The position numbers and the translations under genes were made by a program. A stretch of 64,000 bases of DNA from Octopus sinensis (taxonomy: Eukaryota), in NCBI RefSeq assembly GCF_006345805.1, contig NC_043013.1, positions 16,988,001 through 17,052,000 of the forward strand, given 5' to 3'. This document shows positions 12,463 to 27,054 of the stretch, piece by piece (within the stretch, counting starts at the first letter, position 1; each line of letters begins with the position of its first letter). The notes beneath the pieces are model-generated. The model worked only from the letters and a program-made list of their open reading frames with translations, was not told the DNA's origin and ran no database searches.

Positions 12463-12679
12463 TTAACCCTTTTCATACCAACCTAGCTGAAACCACCTCT
12501 GGCTCTATAGCACAAATGTCGTGTTTTCATAAGTTTTGAGTTAAAATCTTCCACCAAATCTTAGTCACAATTTTAGCTTAATGATAACTAAGTTATTTTA
12601 CTAAATCCTTTGTTATATTTAAAATTAATTGAAAGAAACGCAGAGCATCTCAAAATAAATATGGTAACGAAAGGGTTCA
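12463..12679. mobile_element. TTAA-target (piggyBac-like) MITE inserted into a SINE
   Basis: ttaa-ccctt...aaggg-ttca termini; same family as 56399-56626 and 58761-58986. Confidence 0.78.
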
Positions 12680-15078
12680 GCATTTTATCCAGCATGCTAA
12701 CACTTCTGACATAACTCATGGTACAATGTGATAAATAATAAAACACATGGTTTATTGAACTGAACAATATTTCAACAGAGTGTCTGTCTGTCTTCATGTT
12801 CAAAACAAGAAATACAGAGAAATGCAGATATTCAAAATTTAAAATAATAATAATGAAATTATTGTATCCAGTGCTCAGGTGCACCACAACTTGTCAAAAG
12901 TGCATATAAAGAATATGCAGTAATGTACAAATGTCTGGGAAGTGAACAGTGTATGAGTCAGATACATGCTTGTGTGTGTGTATGGAGGGGAGAAAATCAG
13001 GTGTAGTGTTGGTGAATCTCAGAAAGCATGGAAGTTTTGAAGGATGCAGTTCAACTGGAATATCCTGTGTTCCTTTCTAGACCAAAAAGACATCATCAAG
13101 TTTGCATGCCTATATGTATAGATGTATGTATGTCTATATGCATGCATGTGTGCATGTACATGTGTGTGTACACATATAGACATACATATATATATGTATG
13201 TCTATATGTATGTCTATATGTGTGTATGTGGGTACATAGCTCTAGTTATAAGTCCAGAGGTAGGTATCAAAATAGGTATGTAAATGCAGCTCTAGCTCTG
13301 CATATGCAGTTAGATATACAGGTAGGTATATATGTATAAACATCTGTATAAATGGACCCATATAATTATAACTATAGCTCTATGTATACAGGAAGGGCTA
13401 TAAGGGTAGAGATAGGTAGATATGTAAGTATTTATGCATCTATAACTATAGTCCTATGTATGTGAATAGGTCTATAGGTAGATAGATGTGTGGGTAGTTA
13501 GGTTGGGAGGTCTGTAGTTATTCATAGAGGTATGTATGTATGTATAATTATACATATGTAGATAACTGCAGATCTAGCCGTAGCCATTACACAATACTGC
13601 CTGGAACTATAGACTTGAAAGGGCTTCGACTGTATCCTTTGATAGCTTTCATGTTTGTTGTGATTTGTTTTTTGTTATTGTCTTGTTTTTTTTGTTAGAC
13701 AAGCTGTTTCATCAAGTGTTTGGTGGTGGTGGTCGTGGTGGTAGAGGTTTCTTTTTGTTCTCTTTTTGCTTTGTTTTTTTTTTTCTAACGTTTTCTTTCG
13801 CATAAAAGCATAAAGGAATTATTTTTTTTCTCATTTTCAATCAATGCTTAACATACTAAGACATCATCATCATCATCAACAACACCATTAGCACTATCAT
13901 TATTACTTTCATTTTCATCCTGCTTACAATCAGCTTTGCTTTCATCATCATCATCATTATGGAAACTATTATCCTCACCATGTTGCTAAAAATCATCATC
14001 ATCATCATAATTTCCATCATCCCCTCATCAGTATCATTATCACCATTTCTATCATCCTCATCACCACCACCACCATCATCATCATCATCATTCTCAGTAG
14101 TGTTTTAACATCCACCCTTGTGTTTTTTTTTGCTCTGATCCATCAAAACAATTTCTGATTTTTCCCCATATTTTCTTTGAGCAAATATGCAGCTGATGCC
14201 AACATGAAAATACCTGCAGAAATGTCAAAGGATTGGTAAAAGTCATTGATCAGCATTGGCTTAATGTTTTCAAAATAAACATCAAGTAAATCTCGACTGC
14301 CCCTGGATAGGAAATAGTATGTCGCAAGTAACTTCCTCAGTAACTCTTATCTGTATTATAATGTCTGAACCAACTGTGCTACTCAAAGCAAATTTGTACA
14401 GAGCTGAAAACAGATCCTCTACATGACCTCTCCTTAGCTAGAAATAGTAACCAAATCTCCCTCAGGTTACAATAAACGGTTTAAAATAAATGGAACGATA
14501 CATTGGATAATGTAATCTAAGATACACTATGTCTAAGAACAAGAAGTAGAATGGTCATCACTGGAACAACTTTGATCCTTAGATCTGCTTGGTCAGGATT
14601 GGCCTGGGGTTAAACAACAACAGCCATTAAGAAAGTTAAGACCACTTAAATGTTATAAACAAATTTCAAATTTTTTTTTATTTTACTTCAGAAAATGATG
14701 AATTCATTTTGGAATTATGCAAATTATATGTAAACTATTTATAATTTTCTTCTTTTTTGTTTTTGTTGGTTTTTTTTTTCCTTGAACATAAGCTTAAACT
14801 AATTATTAAACAAGCTGTTTGTCAGATTTTTAATTCTGTCAACAACTTAGAGAAAAAAAGATGTCAAAAACTTTTTTAAAAAAATGAAATTCCTCAATAA
14901 ATTCTATTTAAAATTTTCAACATGCAAAAAAAAAAAATAAATAAATAAACTTTCTTGATAAAACAGAGAAAGTAAAGAGAGTCTGAAAAACAAATTGGAA
15001 TCTGTTGGAAATATATTCCAAATTTTTAATGGCGAAAAGCCAAGTTATGAACCATAAAATAGCCTGTGTCAATGTTAT

Positions 15079-15680
15079 TTAACTCTTTGAAGCCAACACG
15101 GCTGAGACCGCCCTTGCCTCTATTACACAAAACTGCTCATTTTAAAGTGATTCTTTGAATTTAAATGCTCTACAATAATTTTATGCGAGAACCATTTTTT
15201 TTCCCATTATGTTATGTGCCGAACATTAATTTTACCATTTTAATATACCCCACCCACCCACTCCCTGAGACTAACTCTTTTCTATTATACAAGCTTCCCA
15301 TCTTAACCCTTTTGTTACCATATTTCTGTTGAAATACACTGCTTTTGTTTCAATTAATTCTAGAAATAATGAAGAATTTGGTAAAATAATGTCATTATTA
15401 AGCTGGTTTGGAACATAAATTAACAACGAATTTTGATGGAGTTTTATTTGAGATTAGTTTAAAGTATAAAATTTATATCATAAAACCAAGGGCAGTCTCA
15501 GGTGGGTTGGTATGAAAAGGGTTAATGTGATCTGAGTTAAAACTTCCCTGCTAATTTCCATTCCAAATACCAGCTGAATAATGGACAAAGCTATTTTGCA
15601 AAATTCTTCATTACATTCAAAAAGTAATTGAAATAAGGGCAATGTGTTTTAACAGAAATATGGTAACAAAAGCATTAATA
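15079..15680. mobile_element. Nested TTAA MITEs (inner copy 15303-15525)
   Basis: Inner ttaaccctttt...aaaagggttaa element interrupts a related element ending atggtaacaaaagcattaa. Confidence 0.7.
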
Positions 15681-15904
15681 AAGTATAATAATGCTAGCTG
15701 TTAGAGACTAAACCCACTCCCAAATTCTTGATTATTTTGAAATAGTTTCTAAACCGTCATTAACTGAAATGCATAGTCAGTATAATTCTGCTCAAAAATG
15801 TCAATAAGAAGGATTTAACATACACAATGACAAATAAATGCAACACTAAGCTTCACAGTTTAATTAAAATATTTTACCCAATTTTATACATTTAGTGGTT
15901 AACT

Positions 15905-16735
15905 TCATCATCATCCTCATTTAACGTCTGTTTTCCATACTGGCATGGGTTGGACGGTTTGACTGAGGATGGAGAGCCAGCAGCTGCACCAGGCACCAAT
16001 CTGATCTGACAATGTTTCTACAGCCAGATGCCCTTCCTAATGCCAGCTACTCTGAGAGTGTAGTGGGTGCTTTTATGTGCCACTGGCACAAGAGCTAGTC
16101 AGGTGAGCCTGGCATCAATCACAATCAGATGGTACTTTCTACAAGCCACTGGCACAAGAGCCAGTCAAGGGATACTGGCATCGGTCACAATTCGTCGGTG
16201 CTTTTTACATGCCACTGGCATGGGAGCCAATCAGGGAGCACTGGCCACAGCTACAATATAGGTTTTACTTGACTCAACAGATCTTCTCAAGCATATCATA
16301 TTGCCTGATGCATCAAGGGTATTCTTAACAGGGCTGGATATGTGTAGCTGCCATCTCACTTTAGTTGCTGGGTCTTCTCAATCACAGCATATCTCCAAAG
16401 GTACCGGACTTCCATCATTACTTTTGTGAGGTCCAATGTTCGAAGGTCATGCTTCACCACCTCATCCCATGTCTTCCTGGGTCTACCTCTTCCACAGGTT
16501 CCTTCTACAGTTAGGGAGTGGCACTTCTTCACACAGCTGTCTTCATTCATACGTAACATAACTATACAAGTGCAGATGCCTCACTTGCACACCACATCTG
16601 ATGCTTCTTATGTCCAACTTTTCTCTCAGGGCACTTACACTCTCTTGTGCATGCACACTGACATTACACATCCAGCGGATCATACTAGCTTCATTTCTTT
16701 CAAGCTTACACATGTCCTTAGCATTCATGGCCCTT
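15905..16735 (-). mobile_element. 5'-truncated, decayed RTE LINE (same family as 6378-7250)
   Basis: LERNEASMIRWMCNVSVH..LRMNEDSCVKKC..GRGRPRKTWDEVVKHDLR plus the matching 3'UTR. Confidence 0.9.
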
Positions 16736-17469
16736 TACGTTTCTCTTGAAAAACAATGGTAATATTAAGAAGGGGTGAGATCCAGCCAATCAGAAATCCT
16801 GAACTCTTAGATACCTTGGAAGGACAAAATGCAAAGTTGAGCTAGATGGAAACATGGATGATATTAAGATGGGAAAAGACTCTGCCAATCGGAAATCCTG
16901 GATTCTTAGATACCTTGGAAGGATGAAAGGAATTTGAACTCAGATCCTACAGAGCCATAACTAAATACCACAAGGCAGTTTATCTTTATATCATTCTGCC
17001 AATCTACAGCAACAGTGACTAATTATTCCAAAAGTAGTTAACACTCAATAGTGCCGTGATCACCCCCCCCCCATCCTATTATAGAATTAACCTCAGAATC
17101 ACATTTGTTGTACCTAATCATATTAATTATTATTGGGTTGCAGTTCTAAGTTAATTAACACCAAAGAAGAAATAGCTCTAAGTGTGTGTATGAGAGATCT
17201 GTGTATCTATTAGATATATGCATGTATGTATGTATGTATGTATGTATGTATGTGTGTGTGGGGATGTGTATACACACTTACACATTTCTATTACATATAT
17301 GTGTGTGAGTATGTATATAAACTTATGTGTATATACACATATCTCCACACAAAAATATCATACACAAAATGGACATACATATGCATGCATATATATATAT
17401 ATATAAAACATAAAATATACAATATATACATATTTTTACAAACATATATATTTAAGCATATGCAGGCAT

Positions 17470-17506
<37 letters not shown>

Positions 17507-18859
17507 AATAAATATATATATAAATATATATATAAAGTGTGAAAAAGATAAAAGAGAGACATGGGGAGAAGTGCATCTGTCTTCTCACAATACAAAAGCT
17601 TTACAACAAAGAAGTAACTTCTGTACACTAACATACCACCACATCTGCTCAGGCATTAATGAATATGCATTGTGTACATGTGTATATATATATATGCACA
17701 CACAAACACACACACACACCATGTACAGCAACATTTATCAGTAAACAGCTGTTTACCATTTCAGCAGTTTCAAACTGTGTGGGAATTGTCTGTAATTAAT
17801 TCCCTCCAAGCCAATCACATCCGGTTAGAAAGGAATCAGAACAAAGTTCTTTAATGGGAGAGTTTCCCCACTTTTAACAGTGAATAATTAGAAAGGTCAA
17901 ACAACATTTTAGGAAAAAAAAAAACCTGTAACCTCTACACAAACTAAATCAAAGGTCATAAAATACATGCACACATATAATATATATATATATACACACA
18001 CACATACAACCATGCATACAAACATATATACATAATCATACACAAATATATACACAAATGTACACACACATATACATAAGTACACAACTACACACATACA
18101 CTACTACATGCACATACACACTTAAATATACATACACATACTCTTACATTATCTTCTGCTTCACATTTTTAAAAAGAACAAAGAAATATTTTTAAAAAAA
18201 CCAAATAATTTTGGGGGTTTTGTTTTAAGTTGTTTGTTATTTTCTTTCTGGCAGTTTTTGTTTTGTCACCTATAGTCCCCAAAATGAAACTTGAAATTTC
18301 TTTGAAAAATTGTGATATGTGTCAGTATGTATCTATGTGTGCCAGACAATTTTATTTTTTCACCATCGTAATCTATCAACAGCATCTGCAGGGTATTTGT
18401 AGTAAATTTCATGAAAAAAAAAAACATGGAAGTTATGAGGAAACAAAGTCAACTTTTGTGAATTTTCTGAAACTCCTCTCTCCACCCTCAGAAAAAAAAA
18501 AGTTTCACAATAAATTCTAATATAGTCAGAATCTACACTTTCTGCAAAAGTATTTGTAGATACTTTCATTAAAAGATATCCATTTTTCTAGAAGTTATGA
18601 GGAAACAAAGTTGGAGGGGCGGGCACATTTGTGTAGATATGTCATTTAAAATAAGACCAGTAACATACCCTGAGTGTGTGCCACTCATGGCAGTTCTCAA
18701 GTTTGCCCATTCCCATCCTTGTGGGTCCCGAGCCGATAGTCATACACAACAAACACAAAAGTGCCACACTAAAAGCATTGTCCAGGGTGGAAACCTACTC
18801 TCTGTTACATTACTGAATAAGATCTTCATCAGAGTACTACTCACATGATGGCACCACTG

Positions 18860-18900
<41 letters not shown>

Positions 18901-19019
18901 GAATTTCAACAGACCTCCAATGATCTTATCAGAGTGAATCCAATTGTTTGACCAACCAAAGTAGTAAACTCCTTGAATTAATGTAAGTAATTGAGAATTC
19001 CACACACACACACACACAC

Positions 19020-19239
19020 ATAACCCTTTAGTATTCAGATTACTTTGCCAAATGTGATGCCTATTCATACTGTTTTGAATTAATCATTATCTTGTAGCTT
19101 TGGGATTTTGATGATGTGATAGTTTACTTTTAGAATGGTATGATAGGGTCAGTGTGAGAGACCAGATCTGGCCAGTTTGAACATAAAAAAGGTAGAATAT
19201 TGGGGCCAGGTATGGCTGGTTTGAATGCTAAGAGGTTAA
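19020..19239. mobile_element. TTAA MITE, second family (also 24984-25210 and 55942-56402)
   Basis: taaccctttagtattcagatt...gaatgctaagaggttaa. Confidence 0.72.
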
Positions 19240-19384
19240 CATAACCCTGAGGTAGAATCAACATAACACACACAGCATGTGACAAGGAAGGTAATACCTT
19301 TCAAATTTCAGGCCCAGTCCATCTGCTTGGCTTCAACACAGTTTCTGGTGGCCTAATTTCATTCCAAGGCTTTGAATTGCCCTG

Positions 19385-19720
19385 TCATCATCTTCATCAT
19401 CATCATTTAACGTCCATTTTCCGTGCTAGCATGGGTTGGATGGTTCGACCGGGGTCTGGGAAGCCAGGAGGCTGCACCAGGCTCTAGTCTGAATTGGCAG
19501 TGTTTCTACAGCTTGATGCCCTTCCTAATGCCAACCACTTCGTGAGTGTAGTGGGTGTTTTTTACGTGTCACCGGCACGGGGGCCAGAGCAGGCTGGCAA
19601 ATGGCCATGATCAGTTGGTGCTTTTACGTGTCACCGACACGGACGCCAGTCAGGCGGCGCTGGCATCTGCCACGTTCGGACGGTGCTTTTTACGTGTCAC
19701 CGGCACGGGTGTCTTAACTA
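19385..19720 (-). mobile_element. RTE 3'UTR copy
   Basis: (cat)n ttaacgtccattttccgtgctagcatgggttgg; repeated gtgcttttacgtgtcaccggcac. Confidence 0.85.
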
Positions 19721-20262
19721 TTGTGGTTACGCTAAAAGACATGCAAGATGCCATGCAGCAGAATTGAAACAGGACCTCTTGATTGCCAAATAACCTTCTA
19801 AACAATTCAGCCAATCTACAACGCACACAGATTCAAAAGAAAGGCCATAAAATTGATTAGCAAAGATTCATACATGAGCTATTACAATATCTTGCTTACA
19901 GGCACACTGTGTCCCCTCTCTTCTCTTGCAACTACAACAGCCCCTTCAAGTAGCTAATTGCCTAATCCCTTCCATCTACATCAATCTTTCTCTTTATATC
20001 CACTCTTACTGTACCTCATCACTCATTATCCACAGAAAACATTTCTCTCCTTTCCAGTCTTTCTGCTCCACAACTGCGAACTTTTAGAATACCATCTTCA
20101 AACTGAACATGAACCATAACCGCCAGGTAGAATCTGAAAAGAAGAATCTACACACATGGGCCTCATCGACATTATCCAGTCCCAGTGGAATGTCTGCAAG
20201 AGAACTTCCTTTCTTAGCAACTTAGAAAAAACAAAAAAGAAGGAAAATTGCATTGTAAATAC

Positions 20263-20880
20263 AACAGATCACACTCAACTCTTCCCTTTCACATGCTAAC
20301 AGCTCACACTCAACTCTTCCCTTTCACATGCTAACAGCTCACACTCAACTCTTCCCTTTCACATGCTAACAGCTCACACTCAGATCTTCCCTTTCACATG
20401 CTAACAGATCACACTCAGATCTTCCCTTTCACATGCTAACAGCTCACACTCAGATCTTCCCTTTCACATGCTAACAGATCACACTCAGATCTTCCCTTTC
20501 ACATGCTAACAGCTCACACTCAACTCTTCCCTTTCATATGCTAACAGATCACACTCAGCTCTTCCCTTTCACATGCCAACAGATCACACTCAACTCTTCC
20601 CTTTCACATGCTAACAGCTCACACTCAGATCTTCCCTTTCACATGCTAACAGCTCACACTCAGATCTTCCCTTTCACATGCTAACAGATCACACTCAACT
20701 CTTCTCTTTCACATGCTAACAGCTCACACTCAGCTCTTCCCTTTCACATGCTAACAGCTCACACTCAACTCTTCCCTTTCATATGCTAACAGCTCACACT
20801 CAGCTCTTCCCTTTCACATGCCAACAGATCACACTCAACTCTTCCCTTTCACAAGCCAACAGATCATACTCAGCTTTGTC
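20263..20880. repeat. 35-bp minisatellite, about 17.5 copies
   Basis: Unit aacagMtcacactcaRHtcttccctttcacatgct; starts at 20263 and 20298 give a period of 35. Confidence 0.97.
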
Positions 20881-22647
20881 CTCTTACATTCCAATAGACC
20901 AGACTCCACATTTCTCTCACACTCGACTCAATGAAATAAATACCATGCTGAAATAATACATTATGACTAGCTAAAAACCATAAAGACATTCCATCACCAT
21001 GGCTGCAATCCAGTGACTGAAACTAGTAAAATAACACATACACACACAAATACTTTTCTATACACATCAACAGACATACAGATGGATATGCATGAGTTTG
21101 TATAAAAATGTGAATGTTTTAATCTTACATAAACCTTTCCAAGAGAGGACCATCCCCACTGATGACCCCACAGCTATGGGAATCTATCTGTTCTTTTCTC
21201 TTGTTCTTATACTTTTTAAACATTTTTTCAGTTAGAGAGACATAAACAAAAGAAAGAACACAGAACTTCTAACACTATCTCTGTCTCTCTCTATCCTTCC
21301 CTCTCTCTCATTTACTGTTACTCTCTTTCAACCTCTTATACACTTTCAGGTACGTTGTCCACTTCTACCCCTCTCTTCAAATTCTCTATTCCTCCTTCCC
21401 TCTCTTATTGTCTCTTTCTCTTCCTCATACATTCTCTCTTCTACCCCTCAATTATTCTTTGTCGCCAATGCATTCTCTACTCCTCCTCTCTTATATTCTC
21501 TATTCCTACTATCCCTCCTTTATTCTATATCTCTTTTTCTCTCCACCACATTACCAGACTCTTATATGAAGACTAAACATTCAATTCCAATTACACAGGC
21601 ACCAAAAATGGCTTCAGTTTTTCAGTTTTTAACTATACCATCACAGTTCATTCAGTAAAATATCCACTGGGCATTTGTCAATGGCTTTAACTTGTTTTTG
21701 TATTCTTCTGGTTTTCGATAGGATTTTTTTTTTTTTGCCACAAATTCTATAATCTTGAGGAGAGCTGATTTTTTTTTTCTAGCAAGAGATGAACTTGTCT
21801 ATGTACATTTGTGTATATATGCGTGCACATAGTGTATGTATCCATTGACTAAAAGATAGTTTGGTAGATCACTAGTTGGCTAGATATAGAGATAGATAGG
21901 CAGACATAAAAATTATATGCAAACATATTTTCCTTGAAGAAAGACAGACAAAGAGATTTAATCACAAAGAAAGTTACTTAATGAAATACATCGTGTGTAT
22001 GTGTATAATGTAGATGTGTGTATAAATGTATATTCCTCTATGTGTGTGTGTGTGTGTATGTGCTTCGAAAACAACAAAACAATACACACATTTTATGAAG
22101 TTATTATTATTATTATTATTATTATTAATTTCTAATAATGTCGAGAGATTTTCTGTTAGGTAAATTACATTGAATTTCCTGTTTACTCCTCGTTCTAACG
22201 TTGCTCTGCTCTCCCTCCCAACTCTGTCCAATTATAATTTATTAATTAAGCAGTGTCACAGATACTAACACACAAACTTTTCTCGCTCTCTGTCAGGAAT
22301 CCTCTCTTGTTATATGGGTTTTTCCGTGCCCTGTCTCCCTTATGCAATCCTTCAATGGAAACCCTCTTGGGTGGGATGAGGAAGCTAACATAATTTATTC
22401 TTGTAATCCTCCAAACCTATCCATTCCCCTTGTGATAAATAAAGAAATTATTGCTATTATTATTATTAGTAGTAGCACTGCTACTACTTGTGTTGTTCTA
22501 ATGTCATACTTCCGGGCAGTTTCTGCTAAAATAAAAACCAGTTGAATAAGGCAGTGATCAGTCAACATAATCAACAATATCATGAGCCATTTACTGCTAC
22601 GGCTCTCCTGCTGCACTTACAAATTAATAATAATAATAATTATCTGT

Positions 22648-22878
22648 TTCTTTATTACCCACAAGGGGCTAAACATAGAGGGGACAAACAAGGACAGACA
22701 AACGGATTAAGTCGATTACATCGACCCCAGTGCATAACTGGTACTTAATTTATCGACCCCGAAAAGATGAAAGGCAAAGTCAACCTTGGCAGAATTTGAA
22801 CTCAGAAAGTAACGGCAGACGAAATACGGCTATGCATTTCGCCCAGCGTGCTAACAGTTCTGCCAGTTCGCTGCCTAA
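22648..22878 (-). mobile_element. Well-preserved tRNA-derived SINE, family A
   Basis: Minus strand has ggcagcgaactggcagaactgttagcacg...ttctgagttcaaattc (B-box)...gcctttcatcttttcggggtcgataaattaagtacc; closely similar to 56078-56310. Confidence 0.85.
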
Positions 22879-22936
22879 ATAAATTAATAATAATAATTAT
22901 CATCATCATCATTAGTACTATTATTATTATCTATTA

Positions 22937-23330
22937 CTAGCAGTATCGCCCGGTGTTGCTCGGGTTTGTTTCGACCCTTTGGAATTGGAATTTTTGAAAA
23001 GTAAAAATTTTGCATTATGTAGCTTCTTATTCTCTTTAAGTGAACATTTTTCTGGTTGAAATACACCGAAAAATGGCGACACAGCAGTCAAAAAATCGTA
23101 AAAAATAGGGATTTTCATAGAAAAAAAGCACCTTTTTGATGTAAATAATTTTTGGTGTTAACATGGTCCGATTTCAATTTTTTCTTCTACGGAAGGAAGA
23201 GCAAGCCTTCTTCTATCATACTCTCAATTTTGGTCAACTTGTGCTGCTGGGTCTTGGAGGAGATAGTGTTAGTTGAAGGCTACCAAACCCACCATACACA
23301 GACAACTTCAGCTTTATATATATAGAGAGA
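22937..23330 (-). mobile_element. Non-autonomous Helitron
   Basis: Minus strand starts A|TC and ends with the cccg..cggg hairpin then CTAG|T. Further copies at 48960-49344 and 61866-62200. Confidence 0.85.
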
Positions 23331-23803
23331 TTACCTATACACCCAGTATGCCCAGCAAAGTGGTTAGCAAACAGAGGTAAGCCAGAGTAGAATTTTGCAG
23401 ATTTTGTAGCTAAGCTAGATACAAGAAAATCTCTTTGGTGCAGACACCTTGTTACAATACACCCAGAGCACTCTATAGAAGTGAATAGCAAAATAAATGG
23501 AGAATATAATAAGGTGGAAATGACTCTTCAGTCTTGCTAGGAACAAAGGGCAGGATGGTCAGAGCTGAAAGACTTTCAGTCAAATGTCTGTTCAATCTGG
23601 AAGGAGATAATTGGGTGCAGCTGTTTGGATGTTGATCAATTTGGCACGGCTGACTGGACATTCAGCCTGTTTGGCCTTGGAGACAAACATACACACATGC
23701 TGGCACACATGATTTATTAATTGAATTAAATACAACTGACATAAACATTCTCTCTCTTCCATACACATGAAACATATGTGTATGTGTATATATACACACA
23801 AAC

Positions 23804-23837
<34 letters not shown>

Positions 23838-24334
23838 CTTAGAAAAAAACACCTTTTATCAATTCAAAATGAACAATTAAATTACACCATCTAGAAAATT
23901 ACATATAATAGAAATATTAAATATAAAATAACAATAATATACCGATGATTAAGTAATGTGCAAAATAAGTTAGGAGTAATATTCCCTCAAATTATTATTA
24001 TATACACACACACACAAATGGGGAGAGAAAGTGAAAGAGAACAAAAGAAAAGAAAATATCTAATGCCAAGTAAGTCAGCATTGAATCAGCAGAACCAAAT
24101 AGGTAATGCCAAAACAACTATGCCAAAATGGCTCATACCTGATTTGACCAAGGCGTAAATAACAAGATCACCACCAATAAAGTATTTGGTCCAACAGTAC
24201 CAGTTCTTGTTACTCCATTGTGTTTTTAATAACAACAATAATGACTGACTTATTTTATATATAATGTTCTTTATTAAAATATTATTTATTTCAGAGTAAC
24301 ACGAAATATATCATGTATTCACTGCTTATTATTA

Positions 24335-24367
<33 letters not shown>

Positions 24368-24519
24368 TTCTAATCACACCAGAGCTGTTGGTTCATGATG
24401 AATACAGAATCAGGAATCAATCAAACAAAATAAGAGCATGATTCTAAAAAGTCTTTGAAGCAAAAGCAACCAAAGTATTTCCTTTCATGGTTCTTCGAAT
24501 GGTCTTTCTATGGAAATAA

Positions 24520-24588
<69 letters not shown>

Positions 24589-24983
24589 GTGCATGTGCGT
24601 ATACATGCATGCATGTAAGTGAGTGAGTGAGTGAGGTAGAGGAAGAGTGTTAATTCTTCGATGACTCAAACCGTTTCCTTCTTGAATGTGTATGTGGAGG
24701 GGAGGCAATATAGTGGTTGTGTGGCTAAGATACCTGAACTACATGCAGCTCATATGCTTTGTGTAAGCAGGACATTTGAGATTCTGGACAGACTGTCCTC
24801 AACATAGCTGTTGAAAGAAATAGGTATCACATACCACCAGATCTCCTTGTAAGTGTTACCTATGTTCTAGCCAAGGGGAAAAGTTCACCACTTACAGCTT
24901 CCTACCACATAAGTGGCGCTTAGTACTAAACCCCAAAAGCCTGGTACTGTAGTGTGGTTGTGTAATATAGTACAGTTGTATAT

Positions 24984-25210
24984 TTAACCCTTTAGTGTTC
25001 AGATTATTCTATCAAACATAATGCTAATTGATTCCCATTGATTTGAATTAATCATGCATTATCTCATATCTTCAAGATCTTGATGGTGTAATTACTTAAT
25101 GTAGAATAACATTGTAGGGTAGGTGTGAGAGCCTGGATCTGGTCAGTTTGAACGTAAAACAGATTAGCTATTTTGGCCGGATATGGCCGGTTTAAATACT
25201 AAAGGGTTAA
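24984..25210. mobile_element. TTAA MITE
   Basis: ttaaccctttagtgttcag...aaatactaaagggttaa. Confidence 0.8.
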
Positions 25211-25597
25211 GGGACGAGGAGTTATGTACATTATTTACATTATTTACAATTGGCAGATATTTGTCCTCATCTTGTTTGTTGTTTACACAACTTTCCAGCC
25301 TTCATCAGCTTTTTGATATTATTATTATTATTATTCAGGTCACTGCCTGGAATCGAACTCGGAATTTTGGGGTTAGTAGCTCGTGCTCTTAACCCCAAGA
25401 TTCCGGGTTCAATTCCAGGCAATGACCTGAATAATAATAATGATAACAACAACATCAAAAAATACCTTAGGAATGAGAACCCAGGTTCGAAATTTGCCCA
25501 AGACACCTGATGAAGGCTAGAGGGTATATCAGCCGAAATGTTGTGTTCACAACAAACAAGATGAGGGCAAATATCCGTCAATTGTAAATAATGTAAT
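25211..25597. mobile_element. Head-to-head inverted pair of the tRNA-headed hammerhead SINE
   Basis: A minus arm (25211-25390, internally deleted) is followed by a plus arm (25391-25597) with the HHR at 25502-25547. Confidence 0.85.
25502..25547 (+). ncRNA. Minimal type-I hammerhead ribozyme (slightly decayed)
   Basis: GACAC-CTGATGA-A-GGCTA..CAGCC-GAAATGTT-GTGTT. Confidence 0.7.
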
Positions 25598-26691
25598 ATA
25601 GTGTAGTGTCTTATTTGGTATAATGTGGTGTAGTAAAAGTGTAGTATGTAGTAATAGTATAATGTGGCCCTTGATTCTATAATACATAATTTTTTATTGG
25701 CTGTTATTGAGTGGAGTATGGTGGCTGTTGAGTTTGGTGAAGATGCTGTTGAGTGGAGTGCCATTGTTCTTGAGTGGGGTATAATGGAAGAGACTTTTAC
25801 ACTTCAAAGTATGAACAGATTTTTTCATGGAGAGAGACAGAGGAAGGATAAAGCACTCGACAGATATAGCTAAATGGAGAAAGAGATAGACAGATGGATG
25901 GATGGAAGGATAGATGGAGAAAGAGAGACATGAGAAATATTTAGATTAGAGGAAAGAATGAAAGAAAAATGTGTGAGAATGGAGAGGGAGAAGGGGCAGA
26001 GTGGGAGGAGAAATGTGGAACCTGTTAATGAAATATGTTTAATTAGAAGTTTTGTTTGTGTGTTCCAGGAATAGAATCATTAATCCAGTAGTTTTGAATA
26101 AATTCACTGCAACTCATTAAAATGGATGTCATACAAGTTTGTTGTCTGTAAACCATCAAATGCTATTGAAGAAGACAACACACACACACAATACACTAAT
26201 GACTATCTTTCTAGCTATTTAGCTTTGTATCTATCTTTATATGTATGTGCATGTACGTGTCGATAGATACATAGATAATTGGATAGATATACATATACAC
26301 ACACACAGAAACATTTTGTGTGTCAATACGTGTATAATTATCATCAGCTTAACAGGATCTGACAGATTCAGTGACTGCGTCAAGCTCCAGTGTCTACTTT
26401 GGCAGGATACCCTTCCTAATGCTAACCACTTTACAGCATGTACCTGGCACGTTTTTCATGGCACCACCATTAGTGAGGTCACCATGCAACCTACAAGGCT
26501 AAGATCCCTTTGGACTGAGTAACACTACAGTAGACAGGGAGGTAGATTTACACTATGGAACAATGCGATAATGTGTAAGAGAAAAAGCGAGAACACATCA
26601 GGTTTCCTACTGTAAAGGATCTACACAGCTCCTTATACATTATATATACACACACATATACACACACATACACACACACACAGACACATAT

Positions 26692-26839
<148 letters not shown>

Positions 26840-26882
26840 TATATACACACACACACACATATATACACACACACACATATAT

Positions 26883-26928
<46 letters not shown>

Positions 26929-27012
26929 AGAGTTTACGAAAAAAACAAAAGACGAAGACAGGTGGTGTACAAAACAAACAGATGTATTAGTATAACGCTC
27001 GGGAATAGAAAA

Positions 27013-27054
27013 GTCTTTTACGCTTCGAGCCTACGCTCTTCTACAGAAAGGGAC
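27013..27054 (-). ncRNA. Variant minimal hammerhead-like motif in an element (~26925-27120) next to (TA)n
   Basis: Minus strand reads CTTT-CTGTAGA-A-GAGC gtag GCTC-GAAGCGTA-AAAG. Stems I and II pair; the core has A6U and A15.1G. Confidence 0.55.

Noticed and set aside
18790-18840. Minus-strand CTGATGAAG followed by an imperfect helix
   Set aside because: No GAAA or cleavage triplet in register.
21150-21195. CTGATGA-CCCCA..TGG-GAAT possible hammerhead
   Set aside because: It lacks GAAA, and stems I and III are not convincing.
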